64,000 bases of DNA from Desulfomonilia bacterium (GTDB lineage Bacteria; Desulfobacterota; Desulfomonilia; UBA1062), in contig CAXXDQ010000003.1 of the NCBI GenBank assembly GCA_963664325.2, positions 128,001-192,000 of the forward strand, in the 5' to 3' direction. How positions within the stretch are numbered: the stretch's first letter is position 1; each line of letters begins with the position of its first letter. Positions 52,119-61,815 of this stretch are shown here, piece by piece. The position numbers were made by a program, and so were the translations under genes. A model generated the notes under the pieces. That model searched no databases, was not told the DNA's origin, and saw only the letters and a list, made by a program, of their open reading frames with translations.

Positions 52119-52538
52119 TCAGATGAAAAGGTTGATGGCCGAGTTCCGGGCCTCATCGATATAGGTTCCGACAGCGCCGTATTCATCGATGATACCCTTG
52201 ATCAGGCTTTCCTTCTTTATCCCCATGATATCCATGGTCATCTGGCATGCTATGATCCTGCCCCCCAGTTCCTTGAAATCATCAAGAAGGCGCCTGAGAG
52301 AGGCCATGTTTACCGCCTTCATGCGGCGTTTGATAAGCCATCTGCCAAGCCCGCCGAAATTCATTTTTGAAAGCGGGCCCTTCTCAAGGCCTTTATCAAC
52401 AAGCCTCTCAAGGCCCCAGAATGTAAAATAGATTGTAGCTTCCATTCCCATGGCCAAAGCGCCGTTTGCAATAATAAGCGCGCTGTAAAATTTATCCATA
52501 TCGCCGCTGTGCAGGATGATTGTTGTTTTTTCCGTCAT
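52119..52538 (-). CDS. DsrE2 (DsrE/DsrF/DrsH-like) sulfur carrier
   Basis: HSGDMDK...ALIIANGA, FTFWGL, IACQMTMD.MG, GAVGTY. Confidence 0.9.
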   Translation of the reverse strand: MTEKTTIILHSGDMDKFYSALIIANGALAMGMEATIYFTFWGLERLVDKGLEKGPLSKMNFGGLGRWLIKRRMKAVNMASLRRLLDDFKELGGRIIACQMTMDIMGIKKESLIKGIIDEYGAVGTYIDEARNSAINLFI

Positions 52539-52551
52539 GACACTGCCTCCA

Positions 52552-52773
52552 TCACCTGCGGATCCTGATCTTCCAGACGCCGCCGTCTTCCTCGACATCT
52601 AAAAGCTCCAGACCCAGGGCCTTAACCGCCATCGGTATCTCTTTTTTCGATGCCGGGTGTGTTCCGACAGCCTCTATAATATCTCCCGGAGAGGCCTTGC
52701 GCAGCGCTTTGCGTACCTCGACAAGCGGTACTGGACAGGTCTCGCCCTGTACGTCAACTTTAATTTCCGCCAT
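52552..52773 (-). CDS. tusA: TusA/SirA family sulfur carrier
   Basis: VDVQGETCPVP (CPxP), 73 aa. Confidence 0.9.
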   Translation of the reverse strand: MAEIKVDVQGETCPVPLVEVRKALRKASPGDIIEAVGTHPASKKEIPMAVKALGLELLDVEEDGGVWKIRIRR

Positions 52774-52833
52774 GCTACACCTCACTTTCTCGGGGCTATA
52801 CTGCTATGGATCACTGTTCAGGCAGTATTGCGG

Positions 52834-53301
52834 TTAGTTTATCTGTTCAGCCAGATAGTTCTCTTTACCGACCTGCTCTATCTGCCCCAGTTCCATTTCT
52901 ATGACATCTATGTGGCCCTCTTCGTCTTTGAGTATCGACGCAAACAACTCCCTGCTCCCGTTGTCGCCGACTTCCATGGCGAGTTTTATTGCCTCGTTGT
53001 ATCCCTTCAGGGCGACAATCTCGGATGCCAGGTCGTTGTTGTGCTGGGACTCAACGCCGGCGCCGATATTGATCTTATTCAAATGACTTAAAATCGGCGT
53101 GCCTTCCAGGAATAGGATCCTCTCTATAAGCCTTTCCGCATGCTTCATCTCATCAATGGCACGCTGCCGGTTGATTTTATGGAGTTTTTCATAGCCCCAG
53201 TTGTCGCACATCTCGGCATGAACCATGTACTGGCTGATGGCGGTTAGTTCATCGGCAAGCAGGCTGTTCAGTTTATCGATGATCTTGTCATTTCCCTTCA
53301 T
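52834..53301 (-). CDS. bfr: Bacterioferritin
   Basis: MKG...LN.LLADELTAISQYMVH, DEMKHA..LIERILFLEG.P, DEEGH. Confidence 0.95.
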   Translation of the reverse strand: MKGNDKIIDKLNSLLADELTAISQYMVHAEMCDNWGYEKLHKINRQRAIDEMKHAERLIERILFLEGTPILSHLNKINIGAGVESQHNNDLASEIVALKGYNEAIKLAMEVGDNGSRELFASILKDEEGHIDVIEMELGQIEQVGKENYLAEQIN

Positions 53302-53414
53302 TTCATCCTCCCTGGAATTGATTTTTTGAATACTCTCATGCTGTATCTTGGTGTTAAAACCGTGCAACAGCGTTCCTTTTTAATCCGGATAGGGGAACTG
53401 ACAATAATTCACAA

Positions 53415-53429
53415 TCAGGGATTCCCTTA
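53415..53429. promoter_or_regulatory. TCAGG-N5-CCTTA box
   Basis: CACAA TCAGG gattc CCTTA, about 115 bp upstream of bfr, between bfr and the divergent two-component genes. Confidence 0.62.
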
Positions 53430-53556
53430 CTTTTGGCTTCTAAAATTCTGACAGCAAATTATTCCTTTACAGCTTGACATTTTATTGATGCCCTGTATGC
53501 TATAAAAACTGTGTTTGTATATCAAATCGGTTCGATTAAAACTTAAACGGCGACAG

Positions 53557-54652
53557 ATGAAGACAATTTTAGAAAATAAATCTATCCCCTGTTTAGATAT
53601 TCCTGAAGACGTTTTAAAACTTTTATCCGTTGTGGATGAAGTTATCTGGATTATGTCAAGCAGTGGAAAAGAATTATATTATGTGAATCCAGCCTTTGAA
53701 CGCCTGTATGGAAAAGAAGTTTCCGGGTTCTATGACAATCCTGATCTCTGGCTTCTTTCCGTTCATCCGGATGACAGGCGTATTGCCGAAGAAAGCATTG
53801 AAGAGCTTCTGTCGTTTCGATATTCAAAGGCGGAATACCGCATCATAAGGCCCGACGGAACCGACAGATGGATCCTTGACAAGAAGCATATCATAAAAAA
53901 AAGGAGAAGATTGCGTGCCTCTGATAGGCTGTATCCTACGCGACATCACAGAGCAGAAGATGGCGAACGACAAGCTTAAGGAACTTCATGAGGACTTGCG
54001 TTCCCAGACATTCAATATGAGCCTGGCCGGGGAGAAGGAGAGAAGGCGGATTGCGACGGAACTTCATGACAATGTGAGCCAGAACCTGGCTTACTGTAAA
54101 ATAAAACTCAAAGAGATCGAAAAAGACGGCAATTATTCCGGGTTGGCCGGTGAACTGAACGAGATCAATATATTGCTGACTGAGGCCATAAAAAATATCA
54201 GGTCACAGACATTCGAGCTCAGCCCCCCCCTTCTTTATGACCTCGGGCTGGAACCGGCAATCGATTGGCTTGGAGAGAATATAATTGCAAAAAGGGGAAT
54301 GAATTTCCGGCTGGACAGTGATGAATATCAAAAACCGATAAGCAATGAATTGAGAGTGCTTTTATTCCAGATCGTTCGGGAACTTCTGAACAATATCGCC
54401 AAACATTCCCAGGCCAGGGAAGTCATGGTATTTATCAGGTATGCAACGGACACTGTCATGATAAGCGTTCAGGATAACGGCATAGGTTTTGAAGAGTCTG
54501 AAATGTCAACAGGGCATCAGCAAAGTCATGGTTATGTAAGCATCAGGGAGCGGCTGAATCATATAGGCGGATTTTTCAGCATTAAATCCAAACAGGGTGC
54601 GGGAACAAAGGTAAACATCGTTGTTCCCATTAATGAGAGGGGAATGATATGA
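53557..54652 (+). pseudogene. PAS-domain HisKA_3 (NarX/UhpB-type) histidine kinase with +1 frameshift in an A8 run (53895-53902)
   Basis: PAS (YVNPAFE, VHPDDR, EYRIIRPDG..RWI) in one frame; LRDITE and ERRRIATELHD...ELLNN..KH...DNG.GF in the next; deleting one A joins them as HIIKKGEDCVPLIGCILRDITE. Confidence 0.85.
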
Positions 54653-55296
54653 AGACAAAAATCTTGCTGGCGGATGACCATAAAATAATGAGGGAAGGAC
54701 TCAAGACGATTCTGGAAAAACAGCCGGAATTTGAAGTGACTGGAGAGGCTTCAAACGGTATTGAAGCCATTGATGCGGCAATTGAGAAAAACCCGGATGT
54801 GATTATTATGGATATCAACATGCCCGATTTGAACGGCATTGAAGCGACCTTGAGAATCAAGCATGAAAAGCCTTCGATAAAGATTCTGGCCCTGTCAATG
54901 CATGACGACAGAAAATTTCTAATAAACATGCTGAAGGCAGGGGCTTCAGGCTATCTTCTGAAGGATTGCGCGTCGGATGAATTGATTGACGCCATTAGGG
55001 TTATCAGGAAAAACCGTTTGTTCATAAGCCCTGACCTTGTTGATGACATGGTAAGAGACTTTGTAATGTCGGCCCAGATTTCCGACCTGTCGGTGTTTTC
55101 AATACTCACCAAACGGGAACGCGATGTTCTGCAGAGAATCTCGGAGGGAAGGTCAACAAAAGAAATTGCATTTGATCTCAACGTTAGCGTCAAGACCGTG
55201 GAGACATTCCGTTACAAGATCGAAGACAAAACAGGTCTGCACAGCATTGCGGAACTGACAAAATATGCAATCCGCGAAGGGATTACAACCTTGTAA
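54649..55296 (+). CDS. NarL/FixJ (LuxR) family response regulator
   Basis: LADDH, MDINMP, LSMH, GYLLK; LTKRE...KEIA..L.VS.KTVE HTH. Confidence 0.95.
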   Translation: MKTKILLADDHKIMREGLKTILEKQPEFEVTGEASNGIEAIDAAIEKNPDVIIMDINMPDLNGIEATLRIKHEKPSIKILALSMHDDRKFLINMLKAGASGYLLKDCASDELIDAIRVIRKNRLFISPDLVDDMVRDFVMSAQISDLSVFSILTKRERDVLQRISEGRSTKEIAFDLNVSVKTVETFRYKIEDKTGLHSIAELTKYAIREGITTL

Positions 55297-55315
55297 AATG
55301 TTCCCCGGGAGATTG

Positions 55316-55762
55316 CTATTTGACCATCAGGACCTGCGAAGTTGCATTTCTTAAAACCCTCTCGGCCACGCCTCCCATCATGTGCTTGATAAAACCCGTC
55401 TTTCCGTGGGATCCGATGATTATGAGGTCAATGTCTTTATTCTGTTGTTCTTTAATTATTTCTTCATAAGGGTTTCCCTTTTTTATGTCATATTCGATTT
55501 CTACGGCATGGTCCTGAGAAAAATTTCTCACTTCATTCTTCATCAGCTCCCTTGAATTGATGACGCTGTCGGTATTGTATTTTTCCATCATTTCAACCGG
55601 GATGCAGTAATCGACTGCGCACTGCTGGACCGTATTATCGATGACATGAAGCAGATAGACCTTTGAATTGTATTTTTCCGCAATATCAGAGGCAACACTT
55701 AAGGCGATATCTGAATGTTTAGAGAAATCCGTCGGCACGAGAATCTTCTTTGGTTTAAACAT
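55316..55762 (-). CDS. Universal stress protein (paralog of 30968-31420)
   Basis: MFKPKKILVPTDFS, QQCAVDYC, GSHGKTG. Confidence 0.95.
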   Translation of the reverse strand: MFKPKKILVPTDFSKHSDIALSVASDIAEKYNSKVYLLHVIDNTVQQCAVDYCIPVEMMEKYNTDSVINSRELMKNEVRNFSQDHAVEIEYDIKKGNPYEEIIKEQQNKDIDLIIIGSHGKTGFIKHMMGGVAERVLRNATSQVLMVK

Positions 55763-55833
55763 ACTCTTCTCCTTCATTCATTTTATTTTTAATTTAATGA
55801 GTTATATAGATATTGAAACCTCAGGCTTCACAA

Positions 55834-55848
55834 TCAGGCATAGCCTGA
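55834..55848. promoter_or_regulatory. TCAGG-N5-CCTGA box
   Basis: CACAA TCAGG catag CCTGA, 72 bp upstream of usp; weaker copy TAAGT attta CCTGA at 55932-55946. Confidence 0.65.
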
Positions 55849-56003
55849 TATCGGGCTTCCAAATACCTTAATGATTATTTTCAAAAAAATAAAAAAACCG
55901 ATTTGTTGTGTTTAGTGTTAACTCTGCTGAATAAGTATTTACCTGAACGGACTGGGCGGCAGGTGCCGCAATTTAAGCAAATAAGGTTTTTCGAATGCGG
56001 ATT

Positions 56004-56018
56004 TCAGGTATGCCCCTA
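56004..56018. promoter_or_regulatory. TCAGG-N5-CCCTA box
   Basis: TCAGG tatgc CCCTA, about 85 bp upstream of msrB. Confidence 0.5.
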
Positions 56019-56100
56019 TAGTCAAAAACCGCTGATTTTTTTAAACAGTATCAGGAGCCACAAATAAAAATGGTGAATCGAAAGTATAAAGGAGCCTTAT

Positions 56101-56691
56101 ATGAAGGTGCTTTTACCGGCATTAACCTTGATGACAATAATCTTGTTTTTTGGAAATCCCGCCGCTGCCGAACAAAAGGAGATTAAAATGAGCGGTAATA
56201 ACAGTATGACCAAGACATCCGGGATGATGAATTCCGGCTGGAAGAATTTCAAGAAACCCGATAATGCGGTTCTGAAAAAAATGCTTACCCCGATGCAATA
56301 CAACGTGACGCAAAATCAAGGGACTGAACCCGCCTTCAAAAACGAATACTGGGACAATAAGAAGGAAGGCATCTATGTCGATATAGTCTCAGGCGAGCCT
56401 CTTTTCAGCTCCAGGGACAAATATGATTCGGGCACCGGCTGGCCCAGTTTCACAAGGCCTCTGGAGCCGGACAACATCGTTACCAGGAAGGACAGAAGCC
56501 TTTTTTCGGTCCGAACCGAGGTCAGAAGCAGGCACGGCGATTCGCATCTCGGGCATGTATTCAATGACGGTCCGCCGCCCACAGGGCTTAGATATTGTAT
56601 GAATTCGGCATCCCTGATGTTTATCCCGAGAGAAGACCTCGAAAAAAAAGGCTATGGTGAATACAATAAAAACTTCACCCACCAGAGATGA
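56101..56691 (+). CDS. msrB: Exported peptide-methionine (R)-S-oxide reductase
   Basis: Signal peptide; [35 protein letters not shown]. Confidence 0.95.
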   Translation: MKVLLPALTLMTIILFFGNPAAAEQKEIKMSGNNSMTKTSGMMNSGWKNFKKPDNAVLKKMLTPMQYNVTQNQGTEPAFKNEYWDNKKEGIYVDIVSGEPLFSSRDKYDSGTGWPSFTRPLEPDNIVTRKDRSLFSVRTEVRSRHGDSHLGHVFNDGPPPTGLRYCMNSASLMFIPREDLEKKGYGEYNKNFTHQR

Positions 56692-56711
56692 TTCTTTACA
56701 AAGGAGCTGTC

Positions 56712-57335
56712 ATGAACCTGCGACTGGCAACATTAATACTGACAACCGGTCTCATGTTGATTTCCATGAATGCCCAGGCCTCTGATGTTTATAAGTCGTC
56801 AGCCAGGCCTCATTTTGAAAAGGCCACTTTTGCGGGCGGATGTTTCTGGTGCATGGAAGCGGAGTTTGAAGGGCTTGTTGGAGTAATATCCGTAGTTTCC
56901 GGCTATACGGGAGGCAATAAGATTAACCCGACCTATGAGGAGGTCTCTTCAGGTTCCACGGGCCATGCGGAGTCTGTAGAAATCACTTTCGATCCCTCGA
57001 AAATCAGCTACGCGAAACTGCTGGATGTTTTCTGGCATAATGTTGACCCGACTGTTAAGGACAGGCAGTTCTGTGATATTGGCAACCAGTACCGTACTGC
57101 GATCTTCTATCATGACGGTGAACAGAAGCGACTTGCTGAAATGTCCAGGGACAACCTCATCACTACCGGGCGGATCAAGCCTCCGGTTTACACCGAAATC
57201 GTTCCTGCGGGTGTTTTCTACCGGGCTGAAGAATATCATCAGGACTATTACAAAAAGAATCCCCTGCGCTACAGATTTTACCGCTACAACTGCGGCCGTG
57301 ACAAGCGTCTGAAAGAAATATGGGGAAAAGAATAG
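56712..57335 (+). CDS. msrA: Exported peptide-methionine (S)-S-oxide reductase
   Basis: Signal peptide; AGGCFWC, SGYTGG, GHAE, AEEYHQDYY. Confidence 0.95.
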   Translation: MNLRLATLILTTGLMLISMNAQASDVYKSSARPHFEKATFAGGCFWCMEAEFEGLVGVISVVSGYTGGNKINPTYEEVSSGSTGHAESVEITFDPSKISYAKLLDVFWHNVDPTVKDRQFCDIGNQYRTAIFYHDGEQKRLAEMSRDNLITTGRIKPPVYTEIVPAGVFYRAEEYHQDYYKKNPLRYRFYRYNCGRDKRLKEIWGKE

Positions 57336-57534
57336 GTCTGGTTTGTAAACGGGCTTCAGGGGTGTGTGCATTCAATTCAACAGAACTGTCTGGCTATAGT
57401 CTTATTGAATATTTACCATTCCGGATTAATATTCCATTATACTTCCGAATTGATATTTACTTCGATTTTTTAGTATGCTGACCTGCTGAAGGTGGTCACT
57501 GAATAGGCTCGATATAATGGATATTTAAAGGATA

Positions 57535-60500
57535 ATGCCAATGAAGAAAAAGACAAACCGCTCATTGTCCGAGAGGACATCAGATAACGGCCCGGCAATG
57601 AATCCTGTAAAAACCGCTGAAACTGAAAAAAAATCATCAGGCCGGGCCCTGGCAGGTAAGAATTCATTAAAAGAAGGGTTTGAGAACCCTGTCTGCCGTC
57701 AGGGTACAGAGTATGACATAAATGAGCACGTGAAAAGAGAGGAAGAGCTTGAAAGGCTTAACCGGACGCTCAAGGCCCTCAGCGACAGCAGCAAGGCATT
57801 AATGCGGGTAACGGAAGAATCGGAATATCTCAAGGAAGTCTGCAAGATAATTATTGAGGACTGCGGTCACAAAATGGTGTGGATAGGTTATGCCGAAGAT
57901 GATGAATACAAGTCTGTAAGACCTGTTGCATATGCCGGATTCGAAGAGGGCTATCTGGAAACACTGAATATCTCATGGGCGGACACGGAGCGCGGGAACG
58001 GTCCGACGGGAAGGGCCATCCGTACAGGAACAATCAACACATGCAGGAACATGCTGAATGATCCCCTATTTGAACCATGGCGGGAGGATGCAATAAGACG
58101 GGGGTATGCTTCCTCTATAGTCTTTCCGTTAAAAGAAGGAACAAAGAGCTTTGGCGCTATATCCATATATTCGCCTCAGCCGGACCCGTTCTCGGAAGAT
58201 GAGATAAAACTGCTGACGGAACTTGCGGATAACCTTTCCTACGGGATCATATCCGTAAGGCTGCGTAATGCGCATATGGAGGCGGAAAAAGCCTTGCGTG
58301 AGAGCGAAGAACGTTTCAAGGCCATCACTTCCAGCTCCCCTGACCACCTGTTAATGCAGAACAATAAACTGGAATATACGTTTATTAAAAATCCCCAGCT
58401 GGGTCTTACTGAAAAGGACATGATCGGAAAGACCGATTACGACTTTTTATCAAAGGAAGATGCCGACAAAATTACAAAGATTAAAAAGCAGGTTTTAAAA
58501 ACAGGCAGGCCATCACATCTGGAGACATTTCTTATCTCTCCTCAGGGCCACAAGGAGTATTTTGACGGCACATATGTTCCTAAGTTTAATAGTACAGGCC
58601 AGATCGACGGTCTGATAGGGTATTTCAAGAATATTACCGAACGCAAACAAATAGAAGAGGCGTTATTCAAAAGTGAAGAGCAATACCGGACCCTTTTCAA
58701 TTCCATGACGGAAGGATTTGCTCTGCATGAGATAATTTACGATGAAAAAGGCGAGCCGGTAAATTATTGCTTTCTGGAGATAAATCCTTCCTTCGAAATG
58801 CTCACGGGCCTTAAGAAAGAGGATGTTCTCGGCAGGCTCATGACTGAAGTGCTTCCTGATGAAGACCCGCAATGGATAAAGATTTATGGTGATGTGGCCA
58901 TTACAGGCAATCCTATACATTTCGAGCATTTTTCTCAGGCTCTCAAACGACAGTTCGAAGTTTTTTCATATTGCCCGTCACCGGGACGTTTTGCAGTATT
59001 GTTTATTGACATCACTGAACGCAAAAAAGCCGAAGAGGAGCTGGACATTCATCGGAGCCGCCTTGAAGAACTGATAAAGATAAGGACGGCAGAACTTGAG
59101 ATAAGGAACAAACAGCTCGAGAACGAAATCAATGAACGCGTTAAGTCGCAAGCGGCCCTGAAAGAAGCCGGCGAATACAACCGCTCGCTTATTGAAGCAA
59201 GCCTTGACCCCCTTGTCACGATCGGTGCCGACGGAAAGATAATGGATGTTAATCATTCCACGGAACAGGTCACGGGTCTATCAAGGGAAGAACTCATAGG
59301 AACTGACTTTTCGGACTATTTCACGGAACCGGACAAGGCGCGTGCAGGTTATGAAAAGGTTTTTATGGAAAGTGCTGTTTATGACTATCCCCTTGAGATC
59401 CGGCATATTGGGGGCCATGCGACACCAGTCTTATACAATGCATCGGTTTACAGAAACAAAGCGGGTGAAGTAGTCGGTGCATTCGCAGCAGCACGCGATA
59501 TCACGGAACTCAAAAAAGCGCAGGAGATGCTTCTGAGTATCAATGAAGAGCTGGAACACAGGGTGCTGCTCCGGACTGCCGAACTGGAGGCCTCAAACTA
59601 TAGACTCAGGAATGAAATAATCGAACGCAAACAGGCTCAGGAAAATTTTCAGAAATCCGCAAAACAATGGAAGACGACATTTGACGCTGTTAATGACGTT
59701 ATCTGGCTTTTGGACAATGACTACAGGATCATTCGCTGCAACAGCGCAACGGAAAAATATTTCGGGAAAGATATCATGGACATTCTTGGCAGCTACTGCT
59801 GGGAAATCGCCCATGGAGCATCCGAACCGATATGCGATTGTCCCTATATGCAGTTGAAGCAGGGAATGGGAAGGACAACATGCGAGCTTCAGTCGGGCCA
59901 GCGCTGGCTTGAGGTGAGTGTCGATCCGATTTATGACGATGAAGGCAATATGAACGGAGCGGTCCATATCATCCGGGATATAACCAATCGCAAACATGAA
60001 GAGATAAAAAGAAATAAACTGAAGGAGCAGCTTCGCCAGTCACAGAAAGTGGAAAGTCTCGACCTGATAGCCGGCGGCATAGCGCACGAATTTAACAACC
60101 TGCTCCAGAACATCATTGGCAATCAGGAGCTTGCGCTTTGGGGAATGAGGGAAAGCTCCGCAGAAAAAGAATACATAAAGACAGCATCCAAAGCGGCACA
60201 ATATGCGGCAGGCCTGACATCACAGATGCTTGCGTACTCGGGAAGGGGACACTTTGTTCTGGAGCAGGTTGATCTCAATCAGATAATCATGGATATGGAT
60301 CAGGTTCTAAAGAGCTTGATAAGCAACGAAACCGCATTGTCTTACCGGCTTGAAAACGATCTGCCGATGATTAATGCCGATAAAATACAGGTAAGGCAGA
60401 TGATTCAGAATCTTGTTGTAAACGCATCTGAGGCAATCGGAGCCTCTGCCGGCCGGATTTTAGTGTCTACAGGCACTGCCCAGTGCCGGAGTGAAGAACT

Positions 60501-61197
60501 TGAAACACAATGGATGATCGGGCAATTGCCCGACGGCCTTTACGTATATCTCGAAGTATCTGATACAGGCTGCGGCATGGATGATGAAATTCTTGACAGG
60601 ATCTTCGACCCGTTTTTTTCCACTAAAAATATCGGCCGCGGTCTTGGCCTTGCTGCGGTTCATGGAATTATACAGGGACACAGGTGTTCGGTTCAGGTCA
60701 ACAGCAAGCCCGGCTCCGGCACAGTATTCAGGGTCCTGTTTCCGGTTAGTGGAAACAAAGAAATTATCGAGATAAAAGGTGTTGCAGAGAAGCCCGCAGC
60801 AGGCAGTAACAAAGTCATATTATTTGTTGATGATGAGGAAGAGCTTGTCAATATCGGAACTGCGGCCCTTGAGATGGCAGGCTACAAGGTCTTGACCGCC
60901 TCGAACGGCAAAGAAGCTCTCGAAATATTTACCGCCAATCTCAATACCGCAAAAGCGGAAGACAGGATAGCCTGCATCATCCTGGATTATATTATGCCCC
61001 GCATGGACGGGGAGGAAGCCATGCGGGAATTCAGGAAAATTGCTCCCGCGATACCTGTTATTCTCACAAGCGGCTACGGGGAAGATTTCGTGTTCCGGCA
61101 TTTTAATCAAAATGATCTTGCAGGTTTTGTAAAAAAACCATATTCCTTGAATACATTAACTGGATTATTGAAAAAAACGCTTTGCATTGATGACTAA
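57535..61197 (+). CDS. Hybrid sensor kinase (GAF, four PAS, HisKA, HATPase, receiver)
   Basis: GAF ([10 protein letters not shown]), repeated DITERK-type ends, [41 protein letters not shown]...DYIMP. Confidence 0.93.
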   Translation: MPMKKKTNRSLSERTSDNGPAMNPVKTAETEKKSSGRALAGKNSLKEGFENPVCRQGTEYDINEHVKREEELERLNRTLKALSDSSKALMRVTEESEYLKEVCKIIIEDCGHKMVWIGYAEDDEYKSVRPVAYAGFEEGYLETLNISWADTERGNGPTGRAIRTGTINTCRNMLNDPLFEPWREDAIRRGYASSIVFPLKEGTKSFGAISIYSPQPDPFSEDEIKLLTELADNLSYGIISVRLRNAHMEAEKALRESEERFKAITSSSPDHLLMQNNKLEYTFIKNPQLGLTEKDMIGKTDYDFLSKEDADKITKIKKQVLKTGRPSHLETFLISPQGHKEYFDGTYVPKFNSTGQIDGLIGYFKNITERKQIEEALFKSEEQYRTLFNSMTEGFALHEIIYDEKGEPVNYCFLEINPSFEMLTGLKKEDVLGRLMTEVLPDEDPQWIKIYGDVAITGNPIHFEHFSQALKRQFEVFSYCPSPGRFAVLFIDITERKKAEEELDIHRSRLEELIKIRTAELEIRNKQLENEINERVKSQAALKEAGEYNRSLIEASLDPLVTIGADGKIMDVNHSTEQVTGLSREELIGTDFSDYFTEPDKARAGYEKVFMESAVYDYPLEIRHIGGHATPVLYNASVYRNKAGEVVGAFAAARDITELKKAQEMLLSINEELEHRVLLRTAELEASNYRLRNEIIERKQAQENFQKSAKQWKTTFDAVNDVIWLLDNDYRIIRCNSATEKYFGKDIMDILGSYCWEIAHGASEPICDCPYMQLKQGMGRTTCELQSGQRWLEVSVDPIYDDEGNMNGAVHIIRDITNRKHEEIKRNKLKEQLRQSQKVESLDLIAGGIAHEFNNLLQNIIGNQELALWGMRESSAEKEYIKTASKAAQYAAGLTSQMLAYSGRGHFVLEQVDLNQIIMDMDQVLKSLISNETALSYRLENDLPMINADKIQVRQMIQNLVVNASEAIGASAGRILVSTGTAQCRSEELETQWMIGQLPDGLYVYLEVSDTGCGMDDEILDRIFDPFFSTKNIGRGLGLAAVHGIIQGHRCSVQVNSKPGSGTVFRVLFPVSGNKEIIEIKGVAEKPAAGSNKVILFVDDEEELVNIGTAALEMAGYKVLTASNGKEALEIFTANLNTAKAEDRIACIILDYIMPRMDGEEAMREFRKIAPAIPVILTSGYGEDFVFRHFNQNDLAGFVKKPYSLNTLTGLLKKTLCIDD

Positions 61198-61251
61198 CTT
61201 TCAGCAAAACAATAAAGTAATAAATGTAGTAAGGTATTTGGAGGCTCATAA

Positions 61252-61266
61252 TAAGGATTACCCTGA
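61252..61266. promoter_or_regulatory. TAAGG-N5-CCTGA box
   Basis: TAAGG attac CCTGA, about 48 bp upstream of EF-hand gene. Confidence 0.55.
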
Positions 61267-61313
61267 TATAAAAAAAGATATATTAAAACTATCTATCGCT
61301 AAGGAGGTAACAT

Positions 61314-61793
61314 ATGAAAAATCAAATTATAACCGGACTCTGTTTCATTTTCGTTATACTGCTTACTGTCCCTTCATTCGCGGCAACCCAAAAAATACAG
61401 CCTGATATTCCGCAGTCGGTATTTCAAGCACTGAAATCTCAAAATATAAGCGCATCCGAGTTAAAGGCGCAAAGGCAGAGCATATTCGACAAGATGGATG
61501 TGGAGAAGGACGGCAAAATCAGCAAAGACGAATTCATGCTTTATGAGAAGAGTATTTTCGCGGGGCTTGACAAGAAGAAAGATGATGCCCTTACTCCCGA
61601 TGAGGTAAATAAAACCTGCCAGGTTTACTTTGTATGCCTTGATGCGAACAAGGACAACAAGGTCACGCTGCAGGAATTTGAGGCCAAGCTGGATGAGACG
61701 TTCAAGCTTATGGACGGAAAGGACAAGGACGGTTATATTACCAGTAAAGAATATTTCTCTTACTGGAAGGCCAAGGATAAGGCCGACAGATAA
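61314..61793 (+). CDS. Exported EF-hand calcium-binding protein
   Basis: Signal peptide; DVEKDGKISKDE, DKKKDDALTPDE, DANKDNKVTLQE, DKDGYITSKE. Confidence 0.88.
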   Translation: MKNQIITGLCFIFVILLTVPSFAATQKIQPDIPQSVFQALKSQNISASELKAQRQSIFDKMDVEKDGKISKDEFMLYEKSIFAGLDKKKDDALTPDEVNKTCQVYFVCLDANKDNKVTLQEFEAKLDETFKLMDGKDKDGYITSKEYFSYWKAKDKADR

Positions 61794-61815
61794 AGCTTAT
61801 ACAACAGGCTTAAAT

